Assembly: GCA_965649115.1 (NCBI GenBank)
Contig: CBFGJN010000035.1
Span: forward strand, 1 to 19,519
Direction of reading: 5' to 3'
Origin: a candidate division WOR-3 bacterium
GTDB lineage: Bacteria; Hydrothermota; Hydrothermia; LBFQ01; DSFT01
Length of the DNA: 19,519 nucleotides
Notes under the pieces: model-generated
What the model saw: only the letters and a program-made list of their open reading frames with translations
Told to the model about the DNA's origin: nothing
The model's database searches: none
Translations under genes and position numbers: made by a program
In this document: positions 16,494 to 19,519 of the stretch, in pieces
How positions within the stretch are numbered: the stretch's first letter is position 1
How the letters are laid out: each line of letters opens with the position of its first letter

Positions 16494-17419
16494 GATAGCA
16501 AACTCCTTTTAGCTTTTCTTACAACAACAATACCACCATTAGGTCCAGGTAGTGCCCCTTTTATAAGAAGAACATCCTTATCTTCAAGAATATTAACAAG
16601 CTTCAAATTTATTATAGTTATTCTTTCATTTCCATAATGACCAGGCATTCTTTTACCTTTTATAACCCTACCTGGATAAGTTGTTGAACCAATAGAACCC
16701 GGTCTTCTATGGAATTTTGATCCATGAGCATCAGGACCACCTTTAAAGTCCCACCTCTTAAAAACACCAGCAAATCCTCTACCCTTACTCCTACCCGTAA
16801 CATCAACAAGTTTAATATCTTTGAAAACTGAAACTGTCAAATATTCTCCAATTTTATATTTGTCTATATCATCAGTTCTAAATTCTCTTATAACCCTCGC
16901 AGGAAGATAGATATGATTATTTTTAACTCCAAGCTCTTTTGCCTTTAAAGCGTCTTCACCTTGTCTTATCCTCAAAAATTCAAAGTACTCTTTGATCGTA
17001 TTTTTTGTTAAAATTTCGTCCAAATTTGAATTTTCATTTATTTTAAAGAATTCAAAAGCATAAAGAACAATTTTATTTATATTATTTTGAGAAATAAAAA
17101 TTTCTCTTTTTACGATATCAGGCTCACTAAGAGCAGTCTTATAAATTTCAAATAATTTATTATCTTTAAGCAAGTTTTCTAATTCTTTTTTAAGGATAAC
17201 GAGTTGGGATTTCAAAAGTTTTCCAAGTATTGGTTTTTTAATTTTGTTAATTTTCTTCATTCCATAAGCTAAAACTACTGCATTATATCCATCTCTCTCT
17301 TTGGTTTTAATATCAATTATGTAATTCTTATCACAATAGACCACTGTTACCGGAACTACATTTCCATTATCATCAAAAACTTGTGTCATTCCAACCTTTT
17401 CACCTATTAGCGAAATCAT
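16490..17419 (-). CDS. rplC: 50S ribosomal protein uL3 with ~100-aa internal insertion (309 aa)
   Basis: KVGMTQVF, VPVTV, DGYNAV, DVTGRSKGRGFAG, HGSKFHRRPGSIG, PGRVIKGKRMPGHYG, KGALPG. Confidence 0.97.
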   Translation of the reverse strand: MISLIGEKVGMTQVFDDNGNVVPVTVVYCDKNYIIDIKTKERDGYNAVVLAYGMKKINKIKKPILGKLLKSQLVILKKELENLLKDNKLFEIYKTALSEPDIVKREIFISQNNINKIVLYAFEFFKINENSNLDEILTKNTIKEYFEFLRIRQGEDALKAKELGVKNNHIYLPARVIREFRTDDIDKYKIGEYLTVSVFKDIKLVDVTGRSKGRGFAGVFKRWDFKGGPDAHGSKFHRRPGSIGSTTYPGRVIKGKRMPGHYGNERITIINLKLVNILEDKDVLLIKGALPGPNGGIVVVRKAKRSLLS

Positions 17420-17421
17420 AG

Positions 17422-17733
17422 CTATATCACCTTTATTTCAACTTCAACACCTGCAGGTAAATCAAGCTTAGATATTTTATCAATAGTTTCTTGAGTTACA
17501 TTCCTTATTTCAATAAGTCTGGCATGCCTTTTGAGGAAAAATTGCTCTTGTCCTCTCTTATCAATGTGATTACTTCTTATAACTGAGAAAAGCGTAGTTT
17601 TAGTAGGTAGCGGAATGGGGCCAGAAACATCAGCCCCAGTCGTTTTCGCAGTTAAAGCAATTCTCCTGGCTGATCTATCTAAAATGACAGGGTCAAAAGA
17701 TTTAAGCTTTATTCTTATTTTTGCATTTATCAT
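17422..17733 (-). CDS. rpsJ: 30S ribosomal protein uS10
   Basis: KIRIKLKSFD, SGPIPLPT, H.RLI, LPAGVEVEIK. Confidence 0.96.
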   Translation of the reverse strand: MINAKIRIKLKSFDPVILDRSARRIALTAKTTGADVSGPIPLPTKTTLFSVIRSNHIDKRGQEQFFLKRHARLIEIRNVTQETIDKISKLDLPAGVEVEIKVI

Positions 17734-17735
17734 AA

Positions 17736-18953
17736 TTATTCAATAACCTCTGTAATAATACCAGCACCAACGGTTCTTCCACCTTCCCTAATAGCAAATC
17801 TCAAACCTTTCTCAAGAGCAACAGGAGCAATAAGTTCAACCTCAAGATTAACATTATCACCAGGCATAACCATTTCTCTTCCCTCTGGAAGTTTTATTGT
17901 TCCAGTAACATCTGTCGTTCTGAAATAAAATTGAGGCTTATAACCACTGAAAAATGGTGTATGTCTTCCACCCTCTTCTGGTTTTAAAACATAAACTTCT
18001 GCTTTGAATTTAGTATGAGGCTTTATTGTTCCAGGCTTTGCTAAAACCATGCCCCTCTCAACATCATCTTTTTCAACACCTCTTAGCAATACACCAACAT
18101 TATCACCTGGTAATGCTTCATCAAGAATTTTTCTAAACATTTCAATAGAAGTAGCAACTGTCTTCAAGGGTTCTTTTCTAAATCCTACAATTTCAACTTC
18201 ATCACCAGGCTTTAAAATTCCCCTTTCAACCCTTCCTGTAACAACAGTTCCACGACCAGTTATTGAGAAAACATCCTCAATAGCCATTAGGAATGGTTTA
18301 TCAACTTCTCTTACAGGTTCAGGAACATAATTATCAAGTGCTTCAATAAGTTTTAAAATTGAGCCAGCACCAATAGGATCGTCATAATTAGAAGGATTTT
18401 GATAAGCTTTTAATGCGGAACCTCTAACTACAGGAGCATTATCACCATCATATCCGTACTTGCTTAGTAATTCTCTAACTTCAAGTTCTACCAAATCAAC
18501 TAACTCAGGATCATCTACTAAATCTACTTTATTTATAAATACAACTATTGCAGGAACATTAACTTGTCTTGCTAATAGGACATGCTCTTTTGTTTGAGGC
18601 ATAACTGAATCTACTGCTGAAACGACAAGAATAGCACCATCCATTTGGGCAGCACCTGTAATCATATTTTTGATATAGTCAGCATGTCCTGGACAGTCTA
18701 TATGAGCATAATGTCGCTTCTCAGATTCATACTCAACGTGAGCAATAGCAACAGTTAGAATTTTGGTAGCATCCCTCCTAAACATCTTAGCATCAGCTTT
18801 GGCAACTTCATCATACTCCATAGCCTTTGAAAAACCCTTAGTAGAAAGAACCCTTGTTATAGCAGCAGTTAGTGTTGTTTTTCCATGATCTATGTGTCCT
18901 ATCGTTCCAACATTTACATGCGGTTTTTTCCTCTCAAATTTCTCCTTTGCCAT
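17736..18953 (-). CDS. tuf: Elongation factor Tu with variant switch I region
   Basis: [70 protein letters not shown] upstream. Confidence 0.99.
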   Translation of the reverse strand: MAKEKFERKKPHVNVGTIGHIDHGKTTLTAAITRVLSTKGFSKAMEYDEVAKADAKMFRRDATKILTVAIAHVEYESEKRHYAHIDCPGHADYIKNMITGAAQMDGAILVVSAVDSVMPQTKEHVLLARQVNVPAIVVFINKVDLVDDPELVDLVELEVRELLSKYGYDGDNAPVVRGSALKAYQNPSNYDDPIGAGSILKLIEALDNYVPEPVREVDKPFLMAIEDVFSITGRGTVVTGRVERGILKPGDEVEIVGFRKEPLKTVATSIEMFRKILDEALPGDNVGVLLRGVEKDDVERGMVLAKPGTIKPHTKFKAEVYVLKPEEGGRHTPFFSGYKPQFYFRTTDVTGTIKLPEGREMVMPGDNVNLEVELIAPVALEKGLRFAIREGGRTVGAGIITEVIE

Positions 18954-18994
18954 AATTCTTTACCTCCTTTACGGGATTAAAAAGAAGTTTGAAA

Positions 18995-19008
18995 AGTATA
19001 AAGCATAA
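18995..19008 (-). promoter_or_regulatory. Putative -10 region of the tuf/S10 operon promoter (TTATGCTT-TATACT)
   Basis: TATACT lies 41 nt upstream of the tuf ATG, with the same upstream octamer as before the ankyrin gene and slyD. Confidence 0.55.
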
Positions 19009-19085
19009 TAAATTTTATTGCCCAAAAATTACTCTGTCTTAAATAAATAATTTTTGAATTGCTGAACACAGCTCTGAAATTATGG

Positions 19086-19206
19086 TTTTAATGAGGCAAA
19101 GCCTCCCAAAGCATAAATATGGGCATTTTAAAGCGGAAAAGCTTAATTTCAGAAGAGTGGGGGAAAAATAGAAAAATAAATGATTTTAGAATTACTAGAC
19201 ACAGCA
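19086..19206 (+). repeat. Full copy (C) of dispersed two-hairpin intergenic element
   Basis: 89/121 ungapped identity to the reverse complement of 4011-4131; hairpin GAGGC-aaa-GCCTC (19093-19105). Confidence 0.85.
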
Positions 19207-19247
19207 CTTTGTTATTTAGATTAACCTTTAAAATTTTCATTAGAATT

Positions 19248-19519
19248 ATGGAATTAAATAAAATTTACCTTGGAGATGCTCTTGATTTGATAAAGAAAAT
19301 TCCAAGTGAAAGTATTGACCTTATTTTAACTGACCCACCTTATGGATTAAACAAAGATATTGCTTATGATGAAAGTCTTGAATTATTTTATAAAATTCTT
19401 CCAGAGCTTTATAGAGTTTTGAAAAATGACAGATTTTTTATAACATTTTTTAGCACAAAGTACCTTCCAAAACTGTTTGAAAATAATCCCTTTACTTATT
19501 TTTGGCAGATTATTCTTTA
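19248..19519 (+). CDS. N6/N4 DNA methyltransferase, beta class, 5' part (runs off the window; absent from the ORF track)
   Basis: Manual translation: MELNKIYLGDALDLIKKIPSESIDLILTDPPYGLNKD...ELYRVLKND, with an N-terminal DPPY catalytic motif. Confidence 0.92.
   Translation, partial: MELNKIYLGDALDLIKKIPSESIDLILTDPPYGLNKDIAYDESLELFYKILPELYRVLKNDRFFITFFSTKYLPKLFENNPFTYFWQIIL

Noticed and set aside
16910..17206. uL3 insertion as an intein or self-splicing intron
   Set aside because: No intein C-terminal splice motif or homing-endonuclease motif; AT-rich, open in frame, and no evident group I/II structure.
4839..18330. Plus-strand ORFs 4839-5054, 6546-6734, 9059-9403, 9348-9539, 13465-13731 and 18049-18330
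   Set aside because: All are antisense shadows of well-supported conserved genes.

Overview
AT-rich window (roughly 30% GC by eye) from a very compactly coded bacterium. kdsA implies LPS; ino1 and the ribosomal-protein features would fit a deep-branching thermophile, but that lineage is inference only. Left: a partial CRISPR leader and a 40-repeat/39-spacer array (29-bp repeat GTTTCATCTGAACGTAGTGGAATTTAAAC) with no cas genes in the window, then an ankyrin-repeat gene and slyD on +. Middle/right: one gapless minus-strand run of about 14.3 kb, tuf plus the S10/spc ribosomal genes. It stops after rplR (no rpsE-rpmD-rplO-secY) and runs straight into ino1, tmk, an S41 protease, two tandem Uma2-like nucleases and kdsA. 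Right edge: 5' part of a divergent DPPY DNA methyltransferase. Most interesting: (i) a ~120-bp two-hairpin dispersed element, complete or partial in all three long intergenic regions, with inverted copies bracketing the ankyrin gene; (ii) a ~100-aa insertion in uL3, plus remodelled uL22 and EF-Tu loops; (iii) spacers that look antisense to coding strands; (iv) a recurring TTATGCTT-TAnAnT promoter motif; (v) an apparent gene-conversion tract between the Uma2 paralogs.
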